A stretch of 64,000 nucleotides of DNA, from positions 10,529-74,528 of the forward strand of contig JAJYFR010000002.1 in NCBI GenBank assembly GCA_021785355.1, written 5' to 3'. A program made the position numbers and the translations under genes. Below, piece by piece: positions 10,135 through 19,791 of the stretch. This DNA is from a bacterium. Lineage in GTDB: Bacteria > Patescibacteriota > Dojkabacteria > JAKAPS01 > JAJZLI01. The notes beneath the pieces were generated by a model, which worked only from the letters and a program-made list of their open reading frames with translations, ran no database searches and was not told the DNA's origin. The first letter of the stretch is position 1. Each line of letters begins with the position of its first letter.

Positions 10135-10539
10135 TTAACGCTTTGAGAATTGAGGAGATTTTCTTGCTTTTACTCTGAAATATTTCTTTCTTTCAACCAT
10201 TCTAGAATCTCTTGTAAGTAAACTATTTTTAGATAAAGTACTTTTATAAGATGGATCTATTTTCGAAAGAGCTCTAGAAAGTGCTAATACTGTAGCTTTT
10301 ACTTGAGAATATATACCTCCACCACTACTTTTTACTGTAAAATAAAAACCATCAAGAGTACCTGTTATTTTTAATGGTTGAGAAATTAAAGATCTAGAAT
10401 ATAAATCTTTATAATATTCTTCATATGGTTTTCCATTTACAAAACTCTCACCTTTTCCAGAGTAAAGTCTAACACTCGAAGTTGATGTCTTATTAGTTCC
10501 TTTTGCGTAATAATAATTTTTACTTTTTTTATTTTCCAT
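10135..10539 (-). CDS. rpsI: 30S ribosomal protein S9
   Basis: 'LLTRDSRMVERKK...ARKSPQFSKR'. Confidence 0.97.
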   Translation of the reverse strand: MENKKSKNYYYAKGTNKTSTSSVRLYSGKGESFVNGKPYEEYYKDLYSRSLISQPLKITGTLDGFYFTVKSSGGGIYSQVKATVLALSRALSKIDPSYKSTLSKNSLLTRDSRMVERKKYFRVKARKSPQFSKR

Positions 10540-10542
10540 ATT

Positions 10543-10971
10543 TTATTTTATATTTATAAATTGTTTATCTTCATATTCATGCTTTCCTTCAGGATACACA
10601 TGTAAATACTTAAGTCTTAGATCTCTTAATTTATTCTTAGGTAGCATTCCTCCTACTGCATTAGTTATAACAAATTCAGGATTCTTCTCTATTTTTTCTG
10701 ACAAAGATTTCTCTTTTAATCCACCTGGATAACCAGAATGGGTATAATACATCTTTGTATTTATTTTTTTATCCGAGATTTTTAAAAATTTAGAATTAAT
10801 AACAACCACATGGTCTGAAAAAACCAAATTTGAAGAATAATCTGTTTTATGTTTTCCAATCAACAATTTTGATATCTCAACTGATATTTTTCCTAAATTT
10901 GCATCCTTAGCATCTATTAAATACCAATTTCTTTTTAATTCTTTTACTGAGCTAAATTTTGTTTTAAACAT
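10543..10971 (-). CDS. rplM: 50S ribosomal protein L13
   Basis: 'WYLIDA...LG', 'YYTHSGYPGGLK', 'GMLPKNKL'. Confidence 0.97.
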   Translation of the reverse strand: MFKTKFSSVKELKRNWYLIDAKDANLGKISVEISKLLIGKHKTDYSSNLVFSDHVVVINSKFLKISDKKINTKMYYTHSGYPGGLKEKSLSEKIEKNPEFVITNAVGGMLPKNKLRDLRLKYLHVYPEGKHEYEDKQFINIK

Positions 10972-10975
10972 ATAA

Positions 10976-11329
10976 TCAGTCTACTAATTTAATCTTAACT
11001 ATTCTAGCATTATCACCTTTCCTTTGTCCTATATGTACTATACTTGTAAAACCAGACATTCTTTCTTTATACCTATCTTTTAATATATCTAATACTTTAT
11101 CTGCAGAAAGTTTTGTAGGTAACATAGCATAAAGTCTTCTACGTGCATTTAAATCACCTTTTTTTCCTACAGATATTATTCTATCTACTAGAGAAGATAC
11201 AGCTTTTGCTTTTGCTTCAGTAGTTTTAACTTCTTCATACTGAATTATAGAAGCTGCTAAATTCTTTAGCATAGCATCTCTATGTGATTTTACTTTATTT
11301 AATTTTTTTACTCTTTTTTGGTGTCTCAT
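10976..11329 (-). CDS. rplQ: 50S ribosomal protein L17
   Basis: 'MRHQKRVKKL...HRDAMLKNL...KTTEAKAK...RKGDNA'. Confidence 0.97.
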   Translation of the reverse strand: MRHQKRVKKLNKVKSHRDAMLKNLAASIIQYEEVKTTEAKAKAVSSLVDRIISVGKKGDLNARRRLYAMLPTKLSADKVLDILKDRYKERMSGFTSIVHIGQRKGDNARIVKIKLVD

Positions 11330-12059
11330 CTTTATCTATTTTTTTTGTTGATTTTTTAACTTTTTCTTTTTTTTCTAAATCTACAACTATTTGTTCATTT
11401 AAATTATTAAATACATTACATACCTCTACTAATGCAGATTTTAATGCTAATGTAGGATTTATTGATTTTGTATGAATATCTATTATAACTTCATCCAAAT
11501 CAGTATTCTCCCCCACTCTAGTATTAACTACATTGAAATTTACAATACTAACGGGAGAAAAATCTGCATCTACAGGAATTGTACCAATAGAGGATCTTTT
11601 AGTGTTATCTACTAAACTATATCCATAAGATGTCTCCAATACCAATTCCATGTTCAATTTAGATTTAGAATCAGTTAGAGTTGCTACAATAGCTTCAGGA
11701 TTTAATATTGTTACTGAATCTGTCAATTCTATATCTTTAGCTGTAACAATTTTTTCTCCTTTCTGAGATATTTTAAGAACTTGAGGTTCATCTGATCTAG
11801 AATAAAATTTCAATTCTTTTATATTTAAAATAATATTCAAAACATCCTCTAAAATACCATCTAAAGAAGCATATTCATGTTCAGCTCCTTCAATTTTTAC
11901 AGAAGTTATAGCAGAACCTTTTAGTGCTGAAAGTAATATCCTTCTTAGTGTATTACCAACTGTATATCCATATCCTTTATTTAAAGGTGATATAGAAAAT
12001 TTTCCGAAGAAATCATTTTCTTCTAATGTTTTTATTTGTTGTAAATTATTATCTATCAT
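11295..12059 (-). CDS. rpoA: RNA polymerase alpha subunit, lacking the alpha-CTD
   Basis: 'PLNKGYGYTVGNTLRRILLS', 'HEY', 'IPVDADFSPV'; probable start ATG 12059; ends in a Lys-rich tail. Confidence 0.95.
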   Translation of the reverse strand: MIDNNLQQIKTLEENDFFGKFSISPLNKGYGYTVGNTLRRILLSALKGSAITSVKIEGAEHEYASLDGILEDVLNIILNIKELKFYSRSDEPQVLKISQKGEKIVTAKDIELTDSVTILNPEAIVATLTDSKSKLNMELVLETSYGYSLVDNTKRSSIGTIPVDADFSPVSIVNFNVVNTRVGENTDLDEVIIDIHTKSINPTLALKSALVEVCNVFNNLNEQIVVDLEKKEKVKKSTKKIDKDETPKKSKKIK

Positions 12060-12078
12060 AAAGGTTTTATATATAAAA

Positions 12079-12699
12079 TTATCTAGAATAAAGCTCAACT
12101 ACTAAGTTAGGTTGCATACTAGGATCAAAGAACTCTTTTTGAGGAAAACTTATAACTTTTCCTTTTGTTCCTGATACTTCGATCCATTCAGGTATATTTA
12201 AGTCTACACCCAATAAAGGATCTTTAAAGTATTCACCTTTTGAACTTTTTAGTTTTACTTCGATTTCGTCATTTTCCTTTAATAAAGTAGATGGAATATT
12301 GTTTCCTTTCCCATTTATCATGAAATGTCCATGATTGACTAACTGTCTTGCTGCTACTCTATTAGGAGCATAACCCATTCTATATACAATATTATCAAAC
12401 CTTCTTTCTAATACCTGTAATAAGTTATATCCAGTATCTCCCGTTTGATTTTGAGCTATTTCATAATATCTTTTAAATTGTTTTTCTAATAAACCATAAA
12501 TTCTTTTTATTTTTTGCTTTTCTCTGAATTGAACAGAAAAGTCACTTTGTCTTCTATATGAATATCTATTAGAACCTGGCAAAGAACCATTTCTTTTGGT
12601 AAAAACACATTTCTGAGAATAACATTTAGCACCTTTTAAATAAAGCTTCTGATGCTCTCTTAAACATTGCTTACATTTTGATTCCGTATATCTAGCCAT
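12079..12699 (-). CDS. rpsD: 30S ribosomal protein S4 (Zn-binding type)
   Basis: 'MARYTESKCKQCLRE...KC...KC', 'LERRFDNIVYRMG', 'VELYSR'. Confidence 0.97.
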   Translation of the reverse strand: MARYTESKCKQCLREHQKLYLKGAKCYSQKCVFTKRNGSLPGSNRYSYRRQSDFSVQFREKQKIKRIYGLLEKQFKRYYEIAQNQTGDTGYNLLQVLERRFDNIVYRMGYAPNRVAARQLVNHGHFMINGKGNNIPSTLLKENDEIEVKLKSSKGEYFKDPLLGVDLNIPEWIEVSGTKGKVISFPQKEFFDPSMQPNLVVELYSR

Positions 12700-12713
12700 A
12701 ATATAAAAATAAA

Positions 12714-13127
12714 TTAATTTCTCGGTTGCTTTTTAGGCCTACATCCATTATGTGGTATAGGTGTTATATCAGAAAGTGAGAGAATTCTCAAGCCTGAATT
12801 TCTTAAACTTTTTACAGCCATTTGTCTTCCTGTACCAGGACCTGATATAAATACATCCACTTCTGATAAACCATATTTCACTGATTTATTAGTAGCGTCC
12901 TCTGCAACTCTTGAAGCTGCATAAGGAGTAGATTTTCTTGCACCTTTAAAACCTACAATACCTGAAGATGAAGATGATATTACATTACCTTCAGGATCCG
13001 TAATAGTTACAATAGTATTATTAAAAGAAGTAACTATATAAGCCCTACCTTTAGGAACCTTTCTTCTAACTTTCAACTGTTTTGTCTGTACTTTTTTAAC
13101 TGTATTCTTTATATTTTTATTTGCCAT
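12714..13127 (-). CDS. rpsK: 30S ribosomal protein S11
   Basis: 'SFNNTIVTITD', 'GFKGARKSTPYAA', 'TPIPHNGCRP'. Confidence 0.97.
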   Translation of the reverse strand: MANKNIKNTVKKVQTKQLKVRRKVPKGRAYIVTSFNNTIVTITDPEGNVISSSSSGIVGFKGARKSTPYAASRVAEDATNKSVKYGLSEVDVFISGPGTGRQMAVKSLRNSGLRILSLSDITPIPHNGCRPKKQPRN

Positions 13128-13128
13128 A

Positions 13129-13527
13129 TTATTTCTTTTCTATTTTTTTCTTTAAACCTCCAACTGCTATATGCTTACCCTTCCTTGTATGCGCATTATG
13201 TCTAGTTATTTGACCTCTTACAGGTAGCCCTAATCTATGCCTAATTCCTCTATAACAACGAATATCTCTTAACCTTTTTATATCTTGATATACTTTTTGT
13301 CTTAGGTCTCCCTCTATTAAGAAATCTCCTCTTTCTAAAATAGTTCTAATTCTAGAAATTTCATCTTCAGACAAATCATAAGTTCTTTTATTAATATCAA
13401 CTCTAGCTAAATTAAGAATTTTACGAGAAGATGAAAAACCTACACCATAAATAGCAATTAAACTTGCTTCTATTCTTTTTTTTAATGGCAGGTCTATTCC
13501 TGCTATTCTTACTTGACTATTTGCCAT
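13129..13527 (-). CDS. rpsM: 30S ribosomal protein S13
   Basis: 'RIAGIDLP', 'YRGIRHRLGLPVRGQ'. Confidence 0.97.
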   Translation of the reverse strand: MANSQVRIAGIDLPLKKRIEASLIAIYGVGFSSSRKILNLARVDINKRTYDLSEDEISRIRTILERGDFLIEGDLRQKVYQDIKRLRDIRCYRGIRHRLGLPVRGQITRHNAHTRKGKHIAVGGLKKKIEKK

Positions 13528-13532
13528 ATTAA

Positions 13533-13649
13533 TTATCCTTGTCTTTGCTTATGCTTTGGAGTACGTTTACAGTAAACGTAAACAATTCTCTGTCTTTTAA
13601 CAACATAACAACTATTACATATTTTTTTTACTGAAGATCGTACTTTCAT
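13533..13649 (-). CDS. rpmJ: 50S ribosomal protein L36 (not in the ORF track)
   Basis: Manual translation [38 protein letters not shown], between infA and rpsM. Confidence 0.97.
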   Translation of the reverse strand: MKVRSSVKKICNSCYVVKRQRIVYVYCKRTPKHKQRQG

Positions 13650-13654
13650 AAAAA

Positions 13655-13870
13655 TTAATAACGATAAACTATTCTTCCTCTACCTGGATCATAACGAGAA
13701 AACTCAACCTTAACCTTATCCCCTAGAAGTATCTTTATATAATGCATTTTCATCTTACCAGATAAATATGCAAATACCTCCTTACCTTCTTCTAATTGAA
13801 TTTTAAACGAAAGATCAGGATAAGCTTCTATAACCTTACCATCAAGTTCTATTTTATCTTTTGAACTCAT
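13655..13870 (-). CDS. infA: Translation initiation factor IF-1
   Basis: '[26 protein letters not shown]...GRIVYR'. Confidence 0.97.
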   Translation of the reverse strand: MSSKDKIELDGKVIEAYPDLSFKIQLEEGKEVFAYLSGKMKMHYIKILLGDKVKVEFSRYDPGRGRIVYRY

Positions 13871-13946
13871 ATTATAAAAACAACAAAAAGATTATAGCAA
13901 ACAAATATATTGTATGCAACTTGTAATATAAAAATTTAATCTTTAA

Positions 13947-13955
13947 TGATATAAT
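13947..13955 (+). promoter_or_regulatory. Extended -10 element (TGATATAAT) 6 nt before the dnaG ATG; probable leaderless start
   Basis: tgatataat-aaaggt-ATG. Confidence 0.5.
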
Positions 13956-13961
13956 AAAGGT

Positions 13962-15632
13962 ATGATAGACAAAAGTCAAATTGAAAACATTAAACGAAGT
14001 GTTGACATAGTAGACATTGCTTCATCATATCTCACATTAAACAAATCAGGATCTAATTATTTCACACTTTGCCCTTTTCATCAAGAAAAAACACCCTCAT
14101 TTTCTATAAATACAAACTTACAAATTTATCATTGCTTTGGATGTAATGAAAGTGGAGATGTAATTTCATTAATTGAAAAATTAGAAAATATAGATTTCAA
14201 TGAAGCAATTGAATATTTAGCAAAAAAAGCTAATATACAGATTCAAAGAGAAAAAAACTATAAAAATCCTAATACTGATATATTAAAGGCAAATAAACTG
14301 GCAGAAGAATATTTCGTATTCAATCTTCAAAAAAATCCTTCTGCTTTAAAATATCTAGAGAAAAGAGGTCTTAAAAAAGAAATTGTACAAAAATTTAACA
14401 TAGGTTTTAGTACAAATAGGAACGAACTCAGTAATTATTTAATAAAAAAAGGATTAAATAAACAAAATTTATTAGATTATGGACTTTCTATAATCAAAGA
14501 TAATATATTATTAGATAAATTTAGAAATAGATTAATATTTCCAATAAAAAATATACATGGAGAAACAATAGGGTTTATAGGAAGAACACTTAAAGATGAA
14601 ATAAAACCCAAATATCTAAATTCTCCAGAAACTTCAGTATTTAAGAAATCAGAAATATTATACAGAATAGATTTAGCAAAAAGAGAAATTTCTAAAAAAG
14701 GTTTTGTGATAATTACTGAAGGAAATATTGATGTATTATCTTCTTTTCAAATAGGAATAGAGAATGTATTAGGAATACAAGGAACTGCCATAAGTGAAGC
14801 TCATATAAATATAATAAAAAGATATACTGATAAAATATATTTTGCATTTGATATGGATCAAGCTGGCTATAAAGCTCTAGAGCGTAGCGTTAAAATTGCA
14901 GAAGAAAATAGCATGTCATTTAAAGTACTCAATATCACTCATGCAAAAGATATTGATGAATATATACATAAATTTGGTAAACAAAAATATATAGACCTTA
15001 TAACAAATGCTCAAGAATACATAGACTTTGCAATTAATTATGAAATAAAAAACAATCCTATATCCTCATATGAGGATAAAATTAAAATAGTAGATAGTAT
15101 ATATCCAATAATAGAAAATATTAATAATAACATAAAAAAAAGTTTCTACCTCTCTTTATTATCTAAAGAACTAAATATTCCTTATGAAGTATTAAAAGAC
15201 TATAAAAAACCAAAAATTAAAAAGAATATAGATTCTCAAAAAATTAAATTTGCTAGTAATGAGATTTACTTTTTATACCTAATATTAGAAAGTAATACTC
15301 TTAAAAAAATAGGGATCGAAAACATTAAACCAGAATACATAAAAGGAAGTAATACTAATAAAATATATCAATATATTTTAGATAATAAAGTAGAAAAAGA
15401 TGTTCTTATATCTATAAAAGAAATAATATATAAAAATATAGATTCTCAATATATAAAAGAAAATAAAGATATAACTGATAAAGAAAAAGACCTTCTTACT
15501 ATTATCAAAAATATTAAAAACTCATATATAAAAGATAGAATTGATCAATTAAAAAAACAAATAGATAATAACAATAAGAATACAAACATACTTAATGAAA
15601 TAAAAAAACTCTCTTCAGAATACATTGTATAA
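13962..15632 (+). CDS. dnaG: DNA primase
   Basis: CHC2 Zn finger 'CPFHQEKTPSF...CFGC'; 'PKYLNSPET'; Toprim 'EGNIDV', 'FDMDQAG'. Confidence 0.96.
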   Translation: MIDKSQIENIKRSVDIVDIASSYLTLNKSGSNYFTLCPFHQEKTPSFSINTNLQIYHCFGCNESGDVISLIEKLENIDFNEAIEYLAKKANIQIQREKNYKNPNTDILKANKLAEEYFVFNLQKNPSALKYLEKRGLKKEIVQKFNIGFSTNRNELSNYLIKKGLNKQNLLDYGLSIIKDNILLDKFRNRLIFPIKNIHGETIGFIGRTLKDEIKPKYLNSPETSVFKKSEILYRIDLAKREISKKGFVIITEGNIDVLSSFQIGIENVLGIQGTAISEAHINIIKRYTDKIYFAFDMDQAGYKALERSVKIAEENSMSFKVLNITHAKDIDEYIHKFGKQKYIDLITNAQEYIDFAINYEIKNNPISSYEDKIKIVDSIYPIIENINNNIKKSFYLSLLSKELNIPYEVLKDYKKPKIKKNIDSQKIKFASNEIYFLYLILESNTLKKIGIENIKPEYIKGSNTNKIYQYILDNKVEKDVLISIKEIIYKNIDSQYIKENKDITDKEKDLLTIIKNIKNSYIKDRIDQLKKQIDNNNKNTNILNEIKKLSSEYIV

Positions 15633-15666
15633 ACCCCCACCTTACCCAATTTCTGCGTATATTTGA

Positions 15667-15695
15667 TTGACTAGATAGACTTTTCATGATACAAT
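15667..15695 (+). promoter_or_regulatory. Sigma70-type promoter TTGACT-N17-TACAAT with extended TG
   Basis: ttgact at 15667-15672, tg at 15687-15688, tacaat at 15690-15695, upstream of the SLT gene. Confidence 0.65.
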
Positions 15696-15774
15696 AGCAT
15701 TTGTGTTTTTATTTTTTCTACTTATGTAAAGTTTATTCTTTATATAAGAGCTAATATTAAACTTATTAAACTTA

Positions 15775-16311
15775 ATGAATACAATTGAAAGATTACCTGC
15801 AAGTATTTTACTTGTTGCTGCTTTCATTATCTCCCCAATATTTTTTCTTACAAAACCTGCAATATCACAAAACAAAAATCCTATACAAGGAAATGTTGTG
15901 TCTTATTTTGCAAGTAAGAATGTAATATTAACAACTAGACTAAAAAAATTACCTACAGTAAATGAAAGTGTAGGCGAAGTTACTATCTCTTATAATTATA
16001 CTTCTGTACCTCAAAGGCAGAATACATTTAATTCTAATTTCAATAAATATTCAAATATTATTAGATCAGCTGCATCTCAATATAACGTAAGTTATAACCT
16101 TATGAACAGTATTATTGCATGTGAAAGTGGATATAATCCATTAGCATATAATCCATCTGGAGCATCAGGTATAGCACAATTTATGCCTTCAACATTTTAC
16201 GGTAGCTGGAATATATATAGATCAGGAGGTCTTTGGGATGCTACATCTCAAATATACGCTATGGCTCTTAAAATATCACAAGGTGGAGTAAATGCATGGA
16301 CTTGTAAATAA
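15775..16311 (+). CDS. Exported lytic transglycosylase (SLT domain)
   Basis: N-terminal TM; 'IIACESGYNPLAYNPSGASGIAQFMPSTF'. Confidence 0.85.
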   Translation: MNTIERLPASILLVAAFIISPIFFLTKPAISQNKNPIQGNVVSYFASKNVILTTRLKKLPTVNESVGEVTISYNYTSVPQRQNTFNSNFNKYSNIIRSAASQYNVSYNLMNSIIACESGYNPLAYNPSGASGIAQFMPSTFYGSWNIYRSGGLWDATSQIYAMALKISQGGVNAWTCK

Positions 16312-16316
16312 AGTTT

Positions 16317-16979
16317 TTAATAATCAATATTTACTTGATAAATATTAGGATTAAAACTGTAAGTCCCATTAATATTACCTATTATATTGTTAATATTAAA
16401 AACAGGAGCAATATAAGTTTTTGAATTATTACTAATTAAAAATTTATTATATAAAATAATACTTGTATCATATAAAGGTATATTAACAACTTTATTAGAC
16501 TGCAATAAAGCTGATATATATTTAAAATATATTTTAATTCCAGAATATTTACCAACAGGTAATCTTATACTACTCAAATAATATACATTTTTAGTATATT
16601 CTTCTAAATTAACTAGCTTATTAGAAACTGGTATTTGAATCCATTTTAAAGTCCCCATTTTTTCAACTAAAACTTGAGAAATAGCCATATTTAAGACCTT
16701 TGGAGGGGTATAGAAGATAGCTCCTTTAACAACAGGGGATAATTCACCCATAATTCCAAAATTCAAAGTACCTTTTTCTTGTATTGAAGTACTTTGTACG
16801 TAATTTGATGTAAAATTTTGAGCTATATAAGGTGAACTTATTGTACTGTTAAGAGTTGCTCCTATCACTATTCCTAAAGAAAGTATTATAGAAGTAAATG
16901 TCATAAAGAATACAATTTTAAACCAATTTACTTCAGGATTACGATTTATCGGATTCTCTAAAGTATGTTTTATACTCAT
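16317..16979 (-). CDS. Membrane-anchored protein, DUF4382-like
   Basis: Probable start ATG 16979; one TM; 'LPVGKYSGIKIYF'. Confidence 0.55.
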   Translation of the reverse strand: MSIKHTLENPINRNPEVNWFKIVFFMTFTSIILSLGIVIGATLNSTISSPYIAQNFTSNYVQSTSIQEKGTLNFGIMGELSPVVKGAIFYTPPKVLNMAISQVLVEKMGTLKWIQIPVSNKLVNLEEYTKNVYYLSSIRLPVGKYSGIKIYFKYISALLQSNKVVNIPLYDTSIILYNKFLISNNSKTYIAPVFNINNIIGNINGTYSFNPNIYQVNIDY

Positions 16980-16980
16980 A

Positions 16981-17487
16981 TTATTTCTTATGAACTTTAT
17001 AATAGTTAAGAATAGCTTTATATACTTGAGAACTTGTAGAAAGATTCTCTGTAAATAAGACATCTTTTCTATTAATCTTCATTTGATCTAAAGCTCCATA
17101 TGAATATGTAGGTGTCAAATGAGAGAGAGAATACTGAGGAGAAACAGATTTAACCTTACTTGATGACTGAGAAGCACTAAGGAAGAATACATTTGAAAGA
17201 TATAAAGAATTAGATGTCTCACCTAAAACTTTTCCAAAATATATATTTAAATTTGAATCATTTAAAACTACAGCTTGGTATCCTGAACTATTTTTCATTG
17301 ATGCATAATTAGCTGCTAAATTACCTTGAGAGAAAAATATTGATTTTACTAATAAATATAAAACTATAATTACAACTATTACTAAAATTCCAGGTAATAC
17401 TAATTTATTATTACTTTTCATGGAAAAATCATTTTTAATTTCTTTGTCTTCTGAATATTTTGAAAAATTTGTTTCTAATTGGCTCAT
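16981..17487 (-). CDS. Conserved single-TM hypothetical protein of a family common in CPR bacteria
   Basis: 'YQAVVLND...YFGKV...LSNVFFL...INRKDVLFTENL...SQV..AI'. Confidence 0.65.
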   Translation of the reverse strand: MSQLETNFSKYSEDKEIKNDFSMKSNNKLVLPGILVIVVIIVLYLLVKSIFFSQGNLAANYASMKNSSGYQAVVLNDSNLNIYFGKVLGETSNSLYLSNVFFLSASQSSSKVKSVSPQYSLSHLTPTYSYGALDQMKINRKDVLFTENLSTSSQVYKAILNYYKVHKK

Positions 17488-17493
17488 ATATGT

Positions 17494-17522
17494 ATATTAT
17501 TTAAAATATAATAAAATGTCAA
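17494..17522 (-). promoter_or_regulatory. Sigma70-type promoter TTGACA-N17-TAATAT, 6 nt before ATG 17487
   Basis: Plus strand tgtcaa at 17517-17522 and atatta at 17494-17499. Confidence 0.6.
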
Positions 17523-17532
17523 GCGTGTGTTA

Positions 17533-17871
17533 TGCGGGGGCCAGAACATGGTAACCAGTTAGAGGGATATAGACAATATATAAAAGAGTGTCTAAAGTTA
17601 GAGAATATCAATCAACTAAAATTAGACACTTTAATATATGATAAATGGTATACAACTAAACTACAATAAGCTTAGAGAAATAAACCCTCAAGCAGCAAGA
17701 GAAGTAATTTTGGAAATGCTAGAAACAAATAGATGGGATATATCTAAGAGCTCAAGAGATTTAAATACTACTAGAAATACAATTAAAAAAATACAGAAAC
17801 TGAATAAACAATACAGCGAAGATAAAGTAGCTCACTTCGGACAAAAAGGTCGGGAGTTTAAATCTCTCTAG
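17533..17871 (+). mobile_element. Truncated IS remnant (IS481-like): putative left end, hairpin and HTH-only transposase fragment
   Basis: GC-rich TGCGGGGGCCAGAACATGGTAAC; inverted repeat agtgtctaa/ttagacact (17587-17595/17622-17630); ORF 17638-17871 'YNKLREINPQAARE...DISKSSRDLNTTRNTIKK' is HTH-like with no DDE domain. Confidence 0.5.
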
Positions 17872-17970
17872 GTACTCAAAATGACAGAAACAGAAAGAAA
17901 TGTATACAAAGTTACAATAAAAGAGGGTTTTACACCCTACACCTCACGGTCGGTGTTTTAAGTACTGATC

Positions 17971-18957
17971 CTATAAATAAATATAAAAATCAGAACCTTT
18001 ATTCTCTATAGATTCAACTTTAAGAGTTGCTCCTATTTTTTCTAAACTTATTTTTGCTATATATAAACCTAATCCTAAACCTTCATAATCATAATTTAAA
18101 ACACTTGTTTTCCTCGAAAAAGGAACAAATATATTTTTAAGATTCTCAGGAGATATACCAATTCCTGTATCAGATATTTTAATAACCACTTTTTCAGTTT
18201 CTTTATATATAGAAACTGATATCAAACCTTCACTATGATTAAATTTGATTGAATTATCTATAATATTATTAATGCTTTTCTCTAAAATACTCTTGTCCGT
18301 AACTATAATCCCTATATGTTCATCAAAAGAAAATCCTACAGACATAGAAGATTCTTTAATTTTATTCTCTACTATATTTTTTACAAAATCAGAAAGATTT
18401 ACGTCTTCTTTTACTACTTTAAAATCAGGAGAATCTAGATATACTAAAGATAGAATTTCTTCATTTATTAAATTTAATTGTTTTAAAGAAGTATTTATTC
18501 TTTTTATTATTTGTAAGTCTTCTTCAGAAATATTTTTACTAGAACTAAGTATTTCTACATAACCAGAGATTGTAACCATAGGAGTTCTAAGATTATGAGA
18601 TACTACATAGATAAAATCTTCTTTCATTTTATCTACAGATAAAGCTTTCTTATTATTTTCAAAAATAACAGAAGTAATATTATCTATATTTTCTTTAAGA
18701 TTTATAAATTCTTTATTTTGAAATTTTGGAGAAAAATTAAAATCATTATCTTTCAATTTACTATTTAATTCAGAAAGCTTTGATAGATCAGATATATAAC
18801 TTTCTGATATATAGATAATGCCTATAAGAATAAGTGATAATACTGCTATTAGTATAAACACATATATCCTGAATCCTATCAATAAGATGAGTAAAACAGA
18901 ATATAGAATAAGAACTAATACACTAACTGTATATAGAACACTTTTTCTACTAAACAT
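17971..18957 (-). CDS. Sensor histidine kinase (2 TM, HAMP-like, HisKA, HATPase_c)
   Basis: 'VSHNLRTP', 'NIIDNSIKF', 'DTGIGI', 'GLGLGLYI'. Confidence 0.92.
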   Translation of the reverse strand: MFSRKSVLYTVSVLVLILYSVLLILLIGFRIYVFILIAVLSLILIGIIYISESYISDLSKLSELNSKLKDNDFNFSPKFQNKEFINLKENIDNITSVIFENNKKALSVDKMKEDFIYVVSHNLRTPMVTISGYVEILSSSKNISEEDLQIIKRINTSLKQLNLINEEILSLVYLDSPDFKVVKEDVNLSDFVKNIVENKIKESSMSVGFSFDEHIGIIVTDKSILEKSINNIIDNSIKFNHSEGLISVSIYKETEKVVIKISDTGIGISPENLKNIFVPFSRKTSVLNYDYEGLGLGLYIAKISLEKIGATLKVESIENKGSDFYIYL

Positions 18958-18960
18958 ATA

Positions 18961-19149
18961 TTATTTTATAAAACTACTTTTATCTTTAGCGTCTAAGGAT
19001 AATAATAAGAATACTATTCCTACCAGAACCCAATCAGAAGGTTTTAGATAAAATCTAAGACTATATTGAATAATTCCTAATAGAGCTAATACTAAAGCAA
19101 TCATTGCTAAAACAAAAAATGTTTTCTGTATCTTTTTTGAATCTTTCAT
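18961..19149 (-). CDS. Small two-TM membrane protein
   Basis: 62-aa ORF tightly packed between ppa and the kinase. Confidence 0.6.
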   Translation of the reverse strand: MKDSKKIQKTFFVLAMIALVLALLGIIQYSLRFYLKPSDWVLVGIVFLLLSLDAKDKSSFIK

Positions 19150-19178
19150 AAAAAATCACCCCCTTATTAATAAATATT

Positions 19179-19718
19179 TTACTTATTAAATTTTACTTTA
19201 TACTCATCTAAAGTATCTTTTACAAAATCAATAGCATTATTTTTATCTTCCCAACCTAAAATTTTAACCTCCTTATTTTTCATCAATTTTTTATAATTAG
19301 CAAAATAAAATTCAATAGTTTTTAATACATGCTCATCTATATCTTTTAATTCTTGAACATCATTATAATAAGGATCATCATCTGCAACTCCAAAAACTTT
19401 GTGATCTAATTCTCCTGAATCTTCCATTTTGAGCATTCCTAGAACTCTTACATTAACTAATACTCCAGGAAAGGTATGTATTGAGCTAAGAGACATAATA
19501 TCCATTGGATCGTTATCATATTTATTCCAACTCTGAGGAATAAATCCATATTCAACTGGGTAAGATAAATCTGAATAACTTACTCTATCTAAAATCATAG
19601 CTCCTAGTTTTTTATTGTATTCTATTTTACCTCTATATCCTGAAGGATTTTCAACTACCATAAGTATATTTTGAAGGTCTTTTTCTACTGGGTTAATATC
19701 GTGAAATAAGTTTGACAT
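19179..19718 (-). CDS. ppa: Inorganic pyrophosphatase (family I)
   Basis: 'YPVEYGFIPQS...DNDPMD', 'MEDSGELDHK'. Confidence 0.93.
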   Translation of the reverse strand: MSNLFHDINPVEKDLQNILMVVENPSGYRGKIEYNKKLGAMILDRVSYSDLSYPVEYGFIPQSWNKYDNDPMDIMSLSSIHTFPGVLVNVRVLGMLKMEDSGELDHKVFGVADDDPYYNDVQELKDIDEHVLKTIEFYFANYKKLMKNKEVKILGWEDKNNAIDFVKDTLDEYKVKFNK

Positions 19719-19791
19719 AAAAAGTTGTAACTAATATAAAATATGTGGTTTAATAAATTATATTATAATTAAATGTTTTGTCAAGAAAAAT

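Noticed and set aside
17521-17580. tmRNA, SRP or RNase P RNA in the GC-rich intergenic patch
   Set aside because: Too short, with no matching conserved motifs; better explained as an IS end.
17881-17961. 26-aa ORF MTETERNVYKVTIKEGFTPYTSRSVF
   Set aside because: No motif or initiation signal, and it lies in a decayed mobile-element region.
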